Source: Macrostomum lignano
Lineage: Eukaryota
DNA: 64,000 nt
Direction: 5' to 3'
Assembly (NCBI GenBank): GCA_002269645.1
Contig: NIVC01000476.1
Span: forward strand, 146,985-210,984
A model generated the notes under the pieces. That model was given only the letters and a program-made list of their open reading frames with translations, was not told where the DNA came from and searched no databases. The translations under genes were made by a program, and so were the position numbers. Shown one piece after another: positions 41,219-56,389 of the stretch. How positions within the stretch are numbered: the stretch's first letter is position 1; every line of letters begins with the position of its first letter.

Positions 41219-42117
41219 ATGTCTTCTCCAAGCGAGTCGTTGATTGCAGTCGAAGCTGGCAGCACTTCGGTGCCAACTGAGCCACCGACTGCAGCTCGCA
41301 GAGTCGCCAAGTCCCAGCAAAGTCTCTCGAAAATTGGCGTGATGGCGGCCTGCTTCATCTTCTGCTCGGTGGCTGCGGTTGCTGGCCTGACCAAACTGCA
41401 GCAGCCGCCACAGCCTGCGGACTGCTCTGGCTTGAGCTGTGAGCCTGCGGTTCCAATGGTGAGCAAAGAGCATAGTGGCATTCTTATTTTCAGGATGCCT
41501 CGCAGACTGTCCAACACTCAGCAACCCCCGGCTTTTCATTGCAGGTGTCGCTTCGAATCGCCTACGAGCGGCTGCCTCCATGTCTCCGGGGCGGCTTCAA
41601 TGGGAGCCTCTGCAACCAGAAAGGCATTGTCCATAGCAGAGGTAAGCAGCACTGCCACTCACTCAGATATGCGGTTGTTGGACTGACGGGCTCTGTTGTT
41701 CTTGCAGATGAAGACAACGACATCACCGTGGGCCCGTGGGCGCCCGTCAGTAGCGGCGATTCTTTTGCGAGGCGCGCCTTCGCTCTGATCGATGGGGACT
41801 TTGCCCTGGAGGTGCTGCTGGGAGGGCTGTACCACGTGACCTCTCAGCTGCTGGCTCAACTGCCGGCCGCCGACAACGCGCACAGGATTGTCGAGTGCGC
41901 GCTCAGAGTCAATGGCACCGCCGTGTCAGTGGTGAAATCACCGAGCACGGGCGCTCCTCTCACCTGCACCACAGTCGGTGTGTTCAGGCTGGAAGCCGGC
42001 GACAGGATCTGGGTGTCGCTGAGGTACGATGAGAGCGTCAATGGGCAGAACCGGCTTTCCATTGGTGCCAGACGGCCGGCAATGAACCATTTTCAGGTGA
42101 CCCGACTCGGCCGCTGA
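41219..42117 (+). CDS. TNF-superfamily-like ligand 5 (type II membrane); exons 41219-41458, 41545 (or 41494)-41641, 41708-42117
   Basis: TM IGVMAACFIFCSVAAVAGL; VSLRIAYERLPPC...NGSLC; ITVGPW...LEVLLGGLYHVTSQL...ECALRV...PLTC...GVFRLEAGDRIWV...NHFQVTRLGR. GT-AG introns in phase. Confidence 0.85.
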
Positions 42118-42854
42118 CCGCGTCTCGCCTTGCCAATTAGGCTACAGAACCTACCTCACCTTTCTGATCGCAAACTCGTCTTCTTAGAACAGAAAATTTT
42201 CATTTATTCTGGCATGCAAAGTTTTTGTCTGCTGCATTTCAGACGGAGTGTTCGGAGAATTCCAATATTCAGAGTTTCTGTTACAGAACTGCAATGCCTC
42301 ATGATATTCTGCTGTTGAAAATAAATTTGACTTTAAGTACACCTTAAATTGACTTGATTTTATTGAAGTTTCAACTGTTTTTAAAGGTGTTAAAAATAGT
42401 AGAAAGCTGACTAGCAACCAGCGCCCCCCCCCGTTGGCGAGCCAACAAAGAATGTAATACAAATTTTTGAATAAACTACATGTAGCTTCTGACCTCAGCC
42501 TTGACATCTAAGCAATTCCCCCCCCCCCAAGTCTTGACATCTCAGCAATTCTCCCTAAAACTACATGACGCTTCTTTCATATTTGCCGCGACGCTTTTTT
42601 ATGTTTAGGCTACTCTCCCGTGAGCCTTGACCTTTCAACAATTCCGCCCTGTAAGCCTTGAAATCTCAGCAAATTCCCCCTAACCCTAAAGCCTGGACAT
42701 TTCAGAAATTCTCCCCAAGTCTTGACATTGTAGCAATTCCCAAATGAATCTTCTATGTTCGACATGACGCTTCTTTTGTGTTTTATGTTTTCTTGACTCT
42801 TCTTTTTTGTGACCTGACGCTTCTTTTATTGAATTTATCAATAAAACAACTATT

Positions 42855-43600
42855 AATCACTCAGTTTATCAATATATCAACTATAGTAATCTCTCAGTTT
42901 ATCAATATATCAACTATAGTAATCTCTCAGTTTATCAATATATCAACTATAGTAATCTCTCAGTTTATCAATATATCAACTATAGTAATCTCTCAGTTTA
43001 TCAATATATCAACTATAGTAATCTCTCAGTTTATCAATATATCAACTATAGTAATCTCTCAGTTTATCAATATATCAACTATAGTAATCTCTCAGTTTAT
43101 CAATATATCAACTATAGTAATCTCTCAGTTTATCAATATATCAACTATAGTAATCTCTCAGTTTATCAATATATCAACTATAGTAATCTCTCAGTTTATC
43201 AATATATCAACTATAGTAATCTCTCAGTTTATCAATATATCAACTATAGTAATCACTCAGTTTATCAATATATCAACTATAGTAATCTCTCAGTTTATCA
43301 ATATATCAACTATAGTAATCTCTCAGTTTATCAATATATCAACTATAGTAATCTCTCAGTTTATCAATATATCAACTATAGTAATCTCTCAGTTTATCAA
43401 TATATCAACTATAGTAATCTCTCAGTTTATCAACATATCAACTATAGTAATCTCTCAGTTTATCATCATATCAACTATAGTAATCTCTCAGTTTATCAAC
43501 ATATCAACTATATTAATCTCTCAGTTTATCAATATATCAACTATAGTAATCTCTCAGTTTATCAATATATCAACTATAGTAATCTCTCAGTTTATCAATA
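42855..43600. repeat. 33-bp minisatellite (tcagtttatcaatatatcaactatagtaatctc), ~22 copies
   Basis: Seen directly; explains the VISQFINISTI ORF. Confidence 0.97.
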
Positions 43601-44443
43601 TACTCAGCAATATTGGAAAAGTCGTCATGCACTCTCTGCGCCAGTGAGCAATTTATCTTGGACTATTCTGAAATAAAAGATACGAGAAAAAACTGAGGGG
43701 TTGCTTTAATCCGTCCAACCCTCGCACACCGCTTCCCCCATTCCCACTTCATTCCTCAACTCAAGTCTGCCACAGCGTAGCTGAGTTGCGTCACTCGCAA
43801 ACACTGAGAGACTTTACCTGCACTCTCAAAAGTGGCCACCATCAATGGAATCTTCTGTGATGGCGACTTTTCGATGTTGCTGAGTATAGACCAGCCTATC
43901 AAGAGCATACAAAGTATCAAAGAATGATCTATGTAGACGATATTAAACACGAGCTATTAATAGACGATATACGATAGCAACATATCAATATATTATCAGC
44001 AACTATCCGATATTCGCGAGTTAATTTCTTTCTAAAGTAAACTATTTTCAAGTCCATCGATGCCAGAAACCTTCGCCTTCATTCCGTCAGATGTGGCGCA
44101 ATCATATTTCTAAAAGTGTTGAAAAGAACTAACAGGAAATTCGAAAACTGCCAACTGCTAAAGATAATAACGACTGTTTCTAAAAATAGAATCAGTGGCT
44201 GTCCGCAGGCTGCGCTGTGCAGAGTCTCGCCAACAGACAGCTGCTAAATTTACCCATCGGCGCACAATTGGACTCGCGAACTTGCCTCGAGCCTGGCTAT
44301 TCTTCTGCAGCCTGGCCCGGCACAGACTTCCCAGTTTAGCTCGAGCTGGATTCTATTTTTGTTGCAACAAGATTTGGCACACAATGGAACGTCCCCTCGG
44401 CATCCGTTGGCTGTTGAGGGAAGCAAAGCAGTTCGCCAAACTC

Positions 44444-44450
44444 TATAAAA
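44444..44450 (+). promoter_or_regulatory. TATA box of TNF-like 6
   Basis: TATAAAAG 110 bp upstream of ATG 44554. Confidence 0.65.
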
Positions 44451-44553
44451 GAGGCGACAGCTTCGACTAAAAAAAATTCAACCAAAAATTGCTTGCAAAG
44501 CAGAAGCATACTTGCAAAGACAGCGAAATAAACATCTTCTCTTCAAAGCAACA

Positions 44554-45450
44554 ATGTCCCACCAGGCTCAATCGCTTCTTCTGGAGGCTGGACACGCTGA
44601 GCGTCAGCAGCCGTCGGAGCCGTCCGCGGTGCCCGCCGCCGGTACAAAACCGGCCGCCGAGACGCGCCGTCATCCGCGGCTGCTGCTAGCGGCGGTCGCC
44701 GTGGCCGCCTGCGTCCTGGGCGCTCTGGCCATCGCTGGAGGAGCCACTCAAGCGGCCACAGCTGAAGCCAGCAGCGGTCATGACTCGGCCAATGTGAGTA
44801 TTTTTGTGAGTATTCTTTCTCTTCGAGAAGTCCTTGGCTGCAGAGGCTCCCCCGTCCGCTTTTTCAGTCAATTCTGCTCCGACTGACGCACAAGGGTCTG
44901 CCCCTGTGCTCATCAAACTACAGCGGAACTCTCTGCTGGGGAGCAGGGAAGATCACTAGCAGAGGTGAGCTTGCTGAATATTCGCAGTCAACCGAGTGCA
45001 AGCCCCAACGACATTTACCTTTCGCCTCCGATTCCAGAGGGCACCAACAATGTCTTGGTGGGACCATGGACCTCAGACGGTGGGCCTGCAGCACCCAATT
45101 TTGTCCTGCTAAATGACAGCTCGTTCGGGCTACGGATCCTGAGCCCCGGACTGTACCAGGCAGTGCTCCAGCTGACGGCTCAGAACCACAACGGCAGCTC
45201 TCCGGTCAATCTTGAGTGCCGAGTCAACCTCGACGGCAGAGTCGCCATTGCTGGCAGGGCGATGAACTCCGAGTCGCCGCTAACCTGCTTGGCTGTGGGC
45301 TTCCTGCGCCTGTCGCCAGGAGACCGCCGGGTCAGCGTGTCGCTGAATCGACAGAGGGGCCTGCACGGCCAGAACCAGTTCAGGATCAGGCTGGGGGCAA
45401 ATGGCCTCAACTACATGCAGTTGATGAAAGTAGGAAATAGACAAGTCTGA
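44554..45450 (+). CDS. TNF-superfamily-like ligand 6 (type II membrane); exons 44554-44793, 44868 (or 44844)-44964, 45038-45450
   Basis: TM LLLAAVAVAACVLGALAIAG; ILLRLTHKGLPLC...SGTLC...ITSR; VLVGPW...LRILSPGLYQAVLQL...ECRVNL...PLTC...GFLRLSPGDRRVSV...NYMQLMKVG. Same intron phases as ligand 5. Confidence 0.85.
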
Positions 45451-45952
45451 CTGATTGACATTGTGCTACTCTCTATAGCTGACTCAAAATATTTTTTATG
45501 AATTAGACAAGAAGCCGGCACTAGTTAGCATGCTTTGTTTTTGAAAGCTTATCAGGTATCTTTTGCTTGAAAATATTTTTACATTCACGTCCACGATATT
45601 TTCAGGTAAAGAACTATTCAAATTAAACAATTTTTAAGACCAAAAATAGAGAATCCTTGCCCTATTTTTATCCGGATTTTGTTCAATACGAATGTGATGT
45701 ACTAGTAAGACCAGTTTTAATAGCCTTCTAATTCGTTTTCGTTCAGCAATTACTCCCGCACTGCTGTACAAATCCAATACAATGAAACTGCACGAGCCAG
45801 CTAAACTGTAGGCGTTCATTTTGTTATAGAATACATTTTTCATAATGTCACCATAACTCCGGCAGTCTATCATTTCACTGCAACCAAACAATTGACTGAG
45901 TTTTTTTGCAAATACCCAGGGTACTTTAAAGTGTTTGCTGAGTCAATCAGCG

Positions 45953-46892
<940 letters not shown>

Positions 46893-47488
46893 CCCCATGA
46901 GGGCCAACCCCAAGGGCACAGGGGGTGTACATGTACATGCCTGACGCAACGTAACTTCTCGTTTGGTCCTTGGCCTGGCGATCAGAAAGTCAGGGCCACT
47001 GTACACCCAGCTGGGGTTTAGTTTTGGTTTCGATTCCATTTTTTAACTAATCCAAGTATCTAGCTTTCTCAGTGTTTCACTGTCTGAATCACTTTAACCA
47101 CTTGCTGACTCACTCACTGACTGTATCGTGTAGCACTCCCTCCCTCCCTCCCTCATATGCAGCCAGCAGCCGCATTAAAATTTTCTCAGTAGTTTAAAAG
47201 CGCATGTCTGCTATATTTTGCGCAATTAGTGTAAAAACATTCGATCAATGTCTCGAATTTAACTTCCATACAATACTACTAATAAACTGATCAGTCTTAG
47301 TAGTATCTATTGCAAAGAAAGTAGCAGAGTTGAATTCATTTTCTCAATGATAATTTGCGGTTTTTTATTTGTTTACTCAGTTGTCGGAATGCTTCCTACT
47401 CAGAGCCAAGTTATAATTAGTTGATATTCGCTGCACAGCTGCTGAAGTCCGTCATCCAGTTCAGTGAGTTCCGCAGGCGCGTGACGAT

Positions 47489-47815
47489 TCACTGCTCCAG
47501 CAGTTCGGCTCGGTGCCTTGGCGACGTCATGAGCAAGTCCGTGACGAACTGAGGGTCGAGCTCCACCGGCACCGGCTGCTCTGGCATCACCTGGCGGATG
47601 GGCGGCCGCTCCTGCATGCGGCGAAGGAACTCCAGCCACAGCTGCTCGAACTGGAGCTCGGAGAACAACTGGTCCTGCTTCTGCTGGTGCTGCTGCTCAG
47701 CGGGCTTGTGCACCTCGGTCTTGACCTTCCTGCTGCTACTAGGAGCAGCAAAGGCAGCTGCAGCCATGAGCAACAGCAGAGAGCAGATGAGAGCGATTCG
47801 CCTGTCTTTCGGCAT
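47489..47815 (-). CDS. Small secreted protein or peptide precursor (108 aa)
   Basis: Signal peptide MPKDRRIALICSLLLLMAAAAFAA; high GC3; a 5' UTR intron is likely (gtaggt ~47935, ctgcag ~47862); TATAAG near 48055-48060 on the minus strand. Confidence 0.7.
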   Translation of the reverse strand: MPKDRRIALICSLLLLMAAAAFAAPSSSRKVKTEVHKPAEQQHQQKQDQLFSELQFEQLWLEFLRRMQERPPIRQVMPEQPVPVELDPQFVTDLLMTSPRHRAELLEQ

Positions 47816-48409
47816 CTCTGAACTCGGGACTCGATCGGTTTTGTTCGAATCTTCTTCTAGCTGCAGCTGAAACTGACAACAGTAACAACTTTTGACTTTC
47901 CTGGACTTTTTTCTGCAAAATTCAAGTCACCTACCGGAAACAAGAATGGAACTTCGAACTGCTGCAATGAAGTCTGCGGCTTGACAGGGGAGCCGGTGAG
48001 GAGTTGTCAGGGAGAGAAGAGGGCCCTTTAAGACAGGGGAAGATGGCAGGCAGTCTTATAGCCGACTCAGCCGCGTAGGCGGGGCCGCTCCATCATTGGG
48101 CAGAGGGGCAGGAGGGAGCGAGCGTCGCTTTCTTGGAAACCTGCGCTCCGATTTTAATGAGGGAAAGCTGTGTTCTGCGGCTAGCGACAACCGCGATGGC
48201 AGCGAACACTTGCAACCTGCTGCAGGTGACTCTCGTTTCAAATCCTGGCGCATTCACTCGCATACTGGAGGTGCGCGTAGGCGTTTGACACCTGCGGTGC
48301 TTGAGATGCTGTTTGTAACTTTCAGCTTGAAGTGCCACTTCAGAAGCTGCGTGTTTGAGTCTTCGCCAGCTTCTTTTGCGGCTGTCTTATTGTTAGCACT
48401 AATGAGTGT

Positions 48410-48830
48410 GTCAGTGACTGACAAAGCCTGTGCGTGTGTCAGTGTCAGTGACTGTGCCAGTGACTGTCAGTGCCAGGTGCCAGTGACTGTGTCAGTGACT
48501 GTGCCAGTGACTGTGTCAGTGACTGTGTCAGTGACTGTGCCAGTGACTGTGCCAGTGACTGTGTCAGTGACTGTGCCAGTGACTGTGCCAGTGACTGTGT
48601 CAGTGCCAGGTGCCAGTGACAAGTGCCAGTGACTGTGTCAGTGCCAGGTGCCAGTGACAAGTGCAAGTGACTGTGTCAGTGCCTGGGTCAGGGATTGTGC
48701 CAGTGTCAGGTGTCAGTGACTGTCAGTGGCTGTATCAGTGAATGTGTCAGTGACTGTCAGTGGCTGTATCAGTGAATGTGTCAGTGGCTGTATCAGTGAA
48801 TGTGTCAGTGATTGCCAGTGACTGTCAGTG
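48410..48830. repeat. 12-bp degenerate minisatellite (cagtgactgtgt/gc)
   Basis: Seen directly. Confidence 0.9.
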
Positions 48831-49394
48831 CCTGAGTCTGTCAACGTTACTTTCTTTCAGCCTGAGCACTCCCGGGAGCCAGCAAAGAATTGGGTGAGCA
48901 CACGGCATATGCAGAGCTTCAATATTAATTTCGGAGCCAGGCAATTGATGAAGCATTTGCTGAAGCTGCAGCGCCCTAACTCCGCCACTCATCTGGGCGG
49001 CTCCGCACTCCAGCCCGTGTGAACTCAAGCCTCATCAGCATCCTCTGAATTGATGATGCATAAAAAAGCAATGCAGAACTCAGAAACTATGCGTTTTGCT
49101 TTCTCTTCTGCTCTTCCCCAGCAATGCAGTTTTGGGGATTTCTGCTTCCAAGGAATGATTTCTTTTTTAGGAATGCAAACTCTTTCAGGAATCACTTGCA
49201 TTGCTGCTTTTGTAAAGTGAAAAGAATGTCGCCATGTACCTTTACTATTTTTATCTGTGTACAAGACATTTACCGGTCTAGTCTTTATGCAACTCTTAAT
49301 CCAATTAATTATTCTAAGGCTTAGCTAAAAAAAAGCAAAGCTACATTGTTGAGTTGGGTGACTTTCCAAGACTTGCTTGCTAGACTAGTTTTTG

Positions 49395-49815
49395 GCTAGA
49401 TTAGCAATCCATTCCATTCTCATCATTCATGATGTTGGCTTGATTAGCAATTCATTCTATTCCTTCATCAGTGATGTTGGCTAGATTAGCAATCCATTCT
49501 ATTCCTTCATCAGCGATGTTGGCTAGATTAGCAATCCATTCTATTCCTTCATCAGCGATGTTGGCTAGATTAGCAATCCATTCTATTCCTTCATCAGTGA
49601 TGTTGGCTAGATTAGCAATCCATTCTATTCCTTCATCAGTGACGTGGGCTAGATTAGCAATCCATTCTATTCCTTCATCAGTGATGTTGGCTAGATTAGC
49701 AATCCATTCTATTCCTTCATCAGCGATGTTGGCTAGATTAGCAATCCATTCTATTCCTTCATCAGTGATGTTGGCTAGATTAGCAATCCATTCTATGCCT
49801 TCATCAGTGATGTTG
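49395..49815. repeat. 42-bp minisatellite, copy 1
   Basis: ggctagattagcaatccattctattccttcatcagtgatgtt units; minus strand translates as NLANITDEGIEWIA. Confidence 0.95.
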
Positions 49816-50248
49816 CTATCTAGGATTGAGAACTCTAAACTAGACGTCAACAAGCCGCTGAAACACGCCAATTGCTATTTACCTAAGAATTGTATTGAAC
49901 ACTCGAAATTTGCCAAGACACAATTAATTTCAGCACCTTAGTCCCCTGCACATGGAAAACTCGATTTGGAATTGGGCTCCGCTTGTACCTGGATTTAATC
50001 GATCCTCCTCCCTTGTCTTTCGGCTTGAATTTCTCCTCGGGCGAGTCAGCTGTCTTAATTATTATTTGGTAATTTCGCTTCTTTCTTAGAGAAGGTTTTG
50101 CGTCGATAATAGGCTGGATTAAGGCTCATTCTCAACTGGTTCTGGCATGTGCCACATCCTCCCACGGCTAAACGCTGATAGTTGATTCAGTTGGATCAAT
50201 TTTGTCTCAAGTCGGCTACGTTTGGTATGTAATTCATTTTTTATAGTT

Positions 50249-50751
<503 letters not shown>

Positions 50752-51495
50752 CAGACTATTCACTGCCATCATCCAGCTACGAAAGATCTGCCTGAGGCCA
50801 CCTTCAGCCAACGCACTTGTTTCTGGGCTCTACGCTCGTACTGGCAAAAAATCTGCATGCCTAACAGTCAGCTTGTGACACTTCACCTCGCCCTCTGGGT
50901 GGCTGTTACAACCATTGTGAGGTCTCACCCTGGCCCCTCAACCGCCCGTCTGTCTCAGAGCAGCTCAGCACCAACCCCTTACGCCGACCATCAGTTCAAC
51001 AGGTGGCGCAGCAGCTATTCTCTCTCGCATTCTATTCATCATTTCTGTGTTTCTCTTTTTCTGACCCAACCCCACGGCTCTGCAGCGCCATAATCGCTTG
51101 GCCCGGTTATTTTTTTGTCGGAGGCTGCAGCCCCTGCTTGCCCCCCCCCCCTACATCTGCTCCAATAGGTGCTGAGTCTGTTGCCAGCAGCGCCTCTGGG
51201 AGGCCCCCGCCCGGCAGCTCTCAGTCAGCCGCCCCGCAACTGTCTCAACTCTGTCTCCATGCAGCCAAACTGTCTTGTCTCTCTCCTCTCTCTCTGCCTC
51301 TAAATACTCCATTGAATTTTCCCCGCATTGTTCAGACCGCCTGCCCGCCAAGCAGCCAGTTATTAAAGTGCTCAAGAGCTTGAGTAAGAGACTTAGAGGG
51401 CCTGCCCCCAGATACGGAGCCAGCAGGTGACAGAAAAACAAAAAACCAACCAGCTAGTTGAGAAACGAATTAAGGATTAATTCGACTCCGTTGTC

Positions 51496-52126
51496 ATGGC
51501 GACTGCAACGCGACAGCGCGTCATCACCTACGACGAGTTGGCCAAGCTGCCGACGAAGAACTTCGAAAAGTACCTCATCGTGTCGCCAATGAACCAGGAC
51601 AGCCCCGAGGAGGTGTGGACTCCGGTGCCCAGCTTCATTGGCTCCGTGGTTTCCAAGCTGCGAGAGAAGTTCGACCAGGAAATCAAGGAGGGCGACACGT
51701 TCGTCGAGGCGCCAGGCGAGGTCGACGACGCCAGGATCCAGCGGGCGGCCGACGAGGTGTACGCCGCTCAGCAGGGCCCAGCGGTGGCTCGGATTCTGGA
51801 CGAGCTGTCCGCCCAGGAGCTGATGGAGCTGATGAGGGAGTACCTGAGGAGGATGGAGGAGCCGCTGTTCAGCATGTCGGACCGGTTGGCGGAGCTGCTG
51901 CAGTCGGGCGAGTACGCGCAGCTGATGATGCACCGCTCCGTGCAGCTGGAGCGCCTCATCGATGACGTGCAGCGCTTTGTGTCTGTTGAGGCCCAGGACT
52001 TTGACGAGGTCATCCGCCGGCTGGGGCGGCTGTACCACGATGACGAAGGAGGCGACGGCGCGAAGGGCCGGGCGGAGGAGGTCCAGGCCAAGAACAGACT
52101 GCGAGCGCAGGTGAGGAGTGAGCTGG

Positions 52127-52212
<86 letters not shown>

Positions 52213-52227
52213 GACAGACAGACAGAG

Positions 52228-52266
<39 letters not shown>

Positions 52267-52313
52267 GAGACAGACAGACACACACACACACACAGACAGA
52301 CAGACAGACACTA

Positions 52314-52375
<62 letters not shown>

Positions 52376-54337
52376 CGAAGCGATTACGTTGTGTAATACT
52401 CAAAACGAATCCAACAAAGACAGGAATTCTCTAACTGGATTTGATTATCAATTATTTGGTTTCATAACTCATAGATTTACAGCCGCGGATTGGCGCAGGT
52501 TGAAGTAAAAACAGATAAATTTTTGGCTTAGCAACAGACAGGGGGATTTTGCATGCAGGCTGCGATCCCATCAGCTCGCATTTCTTACTGTATTTTCTCC
52601 CCACGTGCACCTGAGAATTAGTGAGCTGCCGCTGGGAGCAGGACTCGTTCAGCCATGGTTGCTAGGCTCTCTGAGTGGGCGATCGCTAAGGTGACGAATA
52701 TCTTCCCTGCAGCAAGCGGAGAAGAGAGGCCGAGAAGAGCTCTGGGTTGGGCACAGATCCTCTAGGCGATGCTCCATCAGTCTCAGTGAAGCAATAGATT
52801 CCCCTGAAACAATGGCTCAGGGAGACAATAAGCATTTCTAATGGGAGCGTACAGGCCCCCTGCTGAGACCCGCCCCCGGGTTATCCCTGCGGGGAGTCTG
52901 AGAGTGCACTCCCCCGCCTAATCCTCATCGATTTCCTACGTGTATTCTGCGCATACTCCCTTCTGGTCTGCAGAGAGTTTCAAAGAGATGCCTGCCTACT
53001 CGCAATACTGATGGCCGCAGTTCATCTGAATGTCGGGCATGCTGCTAGAATTAGTAAATAATGTACATGCACTTTAACATATCAACCTATCCATTGCATG
53101 GAAGCTTTGAGTCTCTAGCAGTCCAAACATTCTTCAGAAGTCCATGCATATCGAGCAGAATTAGAGCAGAAAAGTAGATCTCGTAGATCCAGTGATTAGC
53201 AAGGCTCAGAATCCATATTTTAAGCTTTGCATAAAAATTTTCTTTAGATTAAGAGAGCTACAAATCTGATGTTGCTGGAGCAGCTGAGTAAATCGAACCA
53301 TGCCAGAGATCTTGTTTCTTTGCTCACTGGGCAGGAAATTCCCCAGGAGAATCTTATGGCTCCCTTAGGTGAAGATTCTGCTTATCATCATATAACATAG
53401 CCACTCGAGATATGATTTATTAAGATGAGGAAGCGCTCATTTGTAGTATAGTTTTAATAATTCAACAGGAGGCACCAAATTAAACTTTTATAATTAATAA
53501 TTTCATAGCTAGATTGGCAGCTACGAGTATTTATGCCCAGTTTTGTCTGTGCTAAACTTCCGGATCGTGTACAGAGCCAGAAAAAATACGTATACAATCT
53601 TTGCTCATTAACTTTTACACGTTGTCAAGGTGATACTGATGTACGCTCGTACATTAAGCCGCACAACCCAATCTCTGCGTGTCATTCTCTCAAGGTCACG
53701 CGGATGTACATTGAGCCGCATAACCCAATCTCTGCGTGGCATTCTCTCAAGGTCACACTGATGCGCACTAAACCGCATAACCCTATCTCTGCGTGGCATT
53801 CTTTCAAGGTCACACTGGTGTACATTAAGCCGCACCTCCCATATCTGTATGGCTTCTTCAAGGTCAGGCAAACAAATACGCTCTGAAAGCACCCGCTGTA
53901 TTAACTTGCCACTCCGCCAACGCATGCTGCAGGTTCGCAAGGAACTTATGGGGATGCAGCCAGCCAGAAGCAACACGCTCCGCTTCGTGATGCGCAACAT
54001 TACCTACAGCATCAATTACTACATCTACAAGCGGGTGTGGCGGCTCCGCCTCAAGTCCGGCATCAGCCACAAGGAGGCCAAGGGCGTCATCCAACCGGAG
54101 GTCGAGCGCAACGCGCTGCGCCGGTTCGCCGCCCAGCTCGGCCCGCTGATCATCGGCCTGCCGGCGGGTCTCCGGGCCCGCATGAGTCCCGAGGCGCAGG
54201 AGAAGTTCAAAGTGAAAACCTTCCACGACCTGCTGACCTTTGTCAACGCCAGGTGCTGGTTCACGTTTCAGAAGAAAGAAAAGATGCTCGAGCCGGAGCT
54301 GCGATGCCACAAAGGCTGCGCCTGCGGTTTCGGCTGA
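51496..54337 (+). CDS. Divergent RhoGAP-fold protein (~339 aa); exons 51496-52110, 53933-54337
   Basis: Phase-0 GT-AG intron (CAG|gtgagg...ctgcag|GTT). Motifs [40 protein letters not shown] and [10 protein letters not shown] match the helical pattern of RhoGAP domains. Confidence 0.6.
52127..52374. repeat. (GACA)n microsatellite in intron
   Basis: Seen directly. Confidence 0.97.
53640..53835. repeat. ~57-60-bp tandem repeat, about 3.5 copies
   Basis: tacattaagccgcacaacccaatctctgcgtgtcattctctcaaggtcac units. Confidence 0.85.
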
Positions 54338-54619
54338 GGCTTCGAATATAGCTTAACACGTTCGTGTATAGCGCTGGACTGGTATACCGAAATTCCTGTG
54401 GCTAACAGTCACGGGCAACTTGAACGGGGCACGTCGCTTCTTGAAAAGTTTTGGAGCATCCCATTTCAAAATTTGCGTCTCTGTACTTCTAATGATCCTT
54501 GATTTCTAGAATGCTTTCGATCCACTATTCCTATCTACTTGTGCGAATTCGATTTGATGACCTCGGCTAAACTCCCTGCAGCCGCACTGCCAGCGGCCTC
54601 TTAACCATTTTGCACACCG

Positions 54620-55445
54620 CCACCACAATCCACACCCACCACAATCCACAGCCAGCCCATATTCTACACCCACCGCAATCCACAGCCAGCCCATATTGTA
54701 CAACCACCACAATCCAAAGCCAGCCCATATTCTACAACCACCGCAATCCACAGCCAGCCCATATTCTACACCCACCGCAATCCACAGCCAGCCCATATTC
54801 TACACCCACCGCAATCCACAGCCAGCCCATATTCTACAACCACCACAATCCACAGCCAGCCCATATTCCACAACCACCACAATCCACAGCCAGCCCATAT
54901 TCCACAACCACCACAATCCACAGCCAGCCCATATTCTGCAACAACCACAATCCACAGCCAGCCCATATTCCACAACCACCACAATCCACAGCCAGCCCAT
55001 ATTCCACAACCATCACAATCCACAGCCAGCCCATATTCTGCAACAACCACAATCCACAGCCAGCCCATATTCCACACCCACCACAATCCACAGCCAGCCC
55101 ATTCCACACCCACCACAATCCACAGCCAGCCCATTCCACACCCACCGCAATCCACAGCCAGCCCATTCCACACCCACCACAATCCACAGCCAGCCCATTC
55201 CACACCCACCGCAATGCACAGCCAGCCCATTCCACACCCACCGCAATGCACAGCCAGCCCATTCCACACCCACCACAATCCACAGCCAGCCCATTCCACA
55301 CCCACCGCAATGCACAGCCAGCCCATTCCACACCCACCACAATCCACAGCCAGCCCATTCCACACCCACCGCAATGCACAGCCAGCCCATTCCACACCCA
55401 CCACAATCAGCCAGCCCATTCCACACCCACCGCAATGCACAATCC
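54620..55445. repeat. Composite CA-rich minisatellite (caatccacagccagcccat...)
   Basis: Seen directly. Confidence 0.93.
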
Positions 55446-56389
55446 CAAAGTAACTGCATGCGACCCAACTCTAAAATCAGTAGCTTATAAAACACTAAAA
55501 TTTCCATGCGCACAGTTATGATTCCAACAATGTGTTTCCGTATTTCCTAAGACGAACCCTTTCAGACAGACAGATTATTCTGTATTGTTTTGATTTTGAT
55601 TTTGATTTTTTACTGTCTAATACTAGTCACAGACTACATGAGCTGTTCGCGTGTCCACATGAGAATAAAAGATTAACAAACTATAAATTGAGTGCATTGT
55701 GTTTCTTTCAACACGACTTGCGATTAAAGTGAAACACAGATTTCGCTAAAAAAACCCACTCTTTCTTGTTCCCAGTAATTATTTTGCAGTTTTGAAAAAG
55801 AGACAACTTCATCATAGGCACTATATTCAGACACAAATGTTATTAGCATAAAACAGATAAACAAATCGATTTGGTAAAAAACGTACATACGTCAGCAGTT
55901 TCAAGCATTGTGCTGCAGTCTGCAGATATAGGAAATGCAAAATCATGGGACAAAAGCACAGCTATGTACAAGTAAATTGGTTGGAAGGGAAATGTAATAG
56001 ACAAAATGTATTTGATAATTATTCCGAGTCAATTAACTAAAGATTCTTAGAAAGAAAAAATACTATATACAATTCGCAGTTTAACTAAAACAAGAGTCGC
56101 ATACGACCTAAGCACGTACATGGCAAACGGCACTACTTGCAAGAGTCAACCAAGTCGAAACCCTAGTTGCCATGGTGCTTAAGCAAAAGGAAGCAATTGA
56201 GCGGACTATTAATAAGCACTTAGGCCAAATATTGCAGTTTGAAATCCTTAATCTGATAAGTATGTGAAAAAAAAATCGAATAAAAGAAAATGAAAATTTA
56301 AAACGTAATTTATTTAACACTAGACTGGTCATAATTCTAAAAAGTTTTTGTAAACTAGAATTCATGGTTTCAGCTTATGTTACGAGGAA

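Noticed and set aside
42855-43600. CRISPR-like appearance of the 31-, 33-, 42- and 62-bp arrays
   Set aside because: The units are head-to-tail with no unique spacers, there are no cas genes, and the context is eukaryotic.
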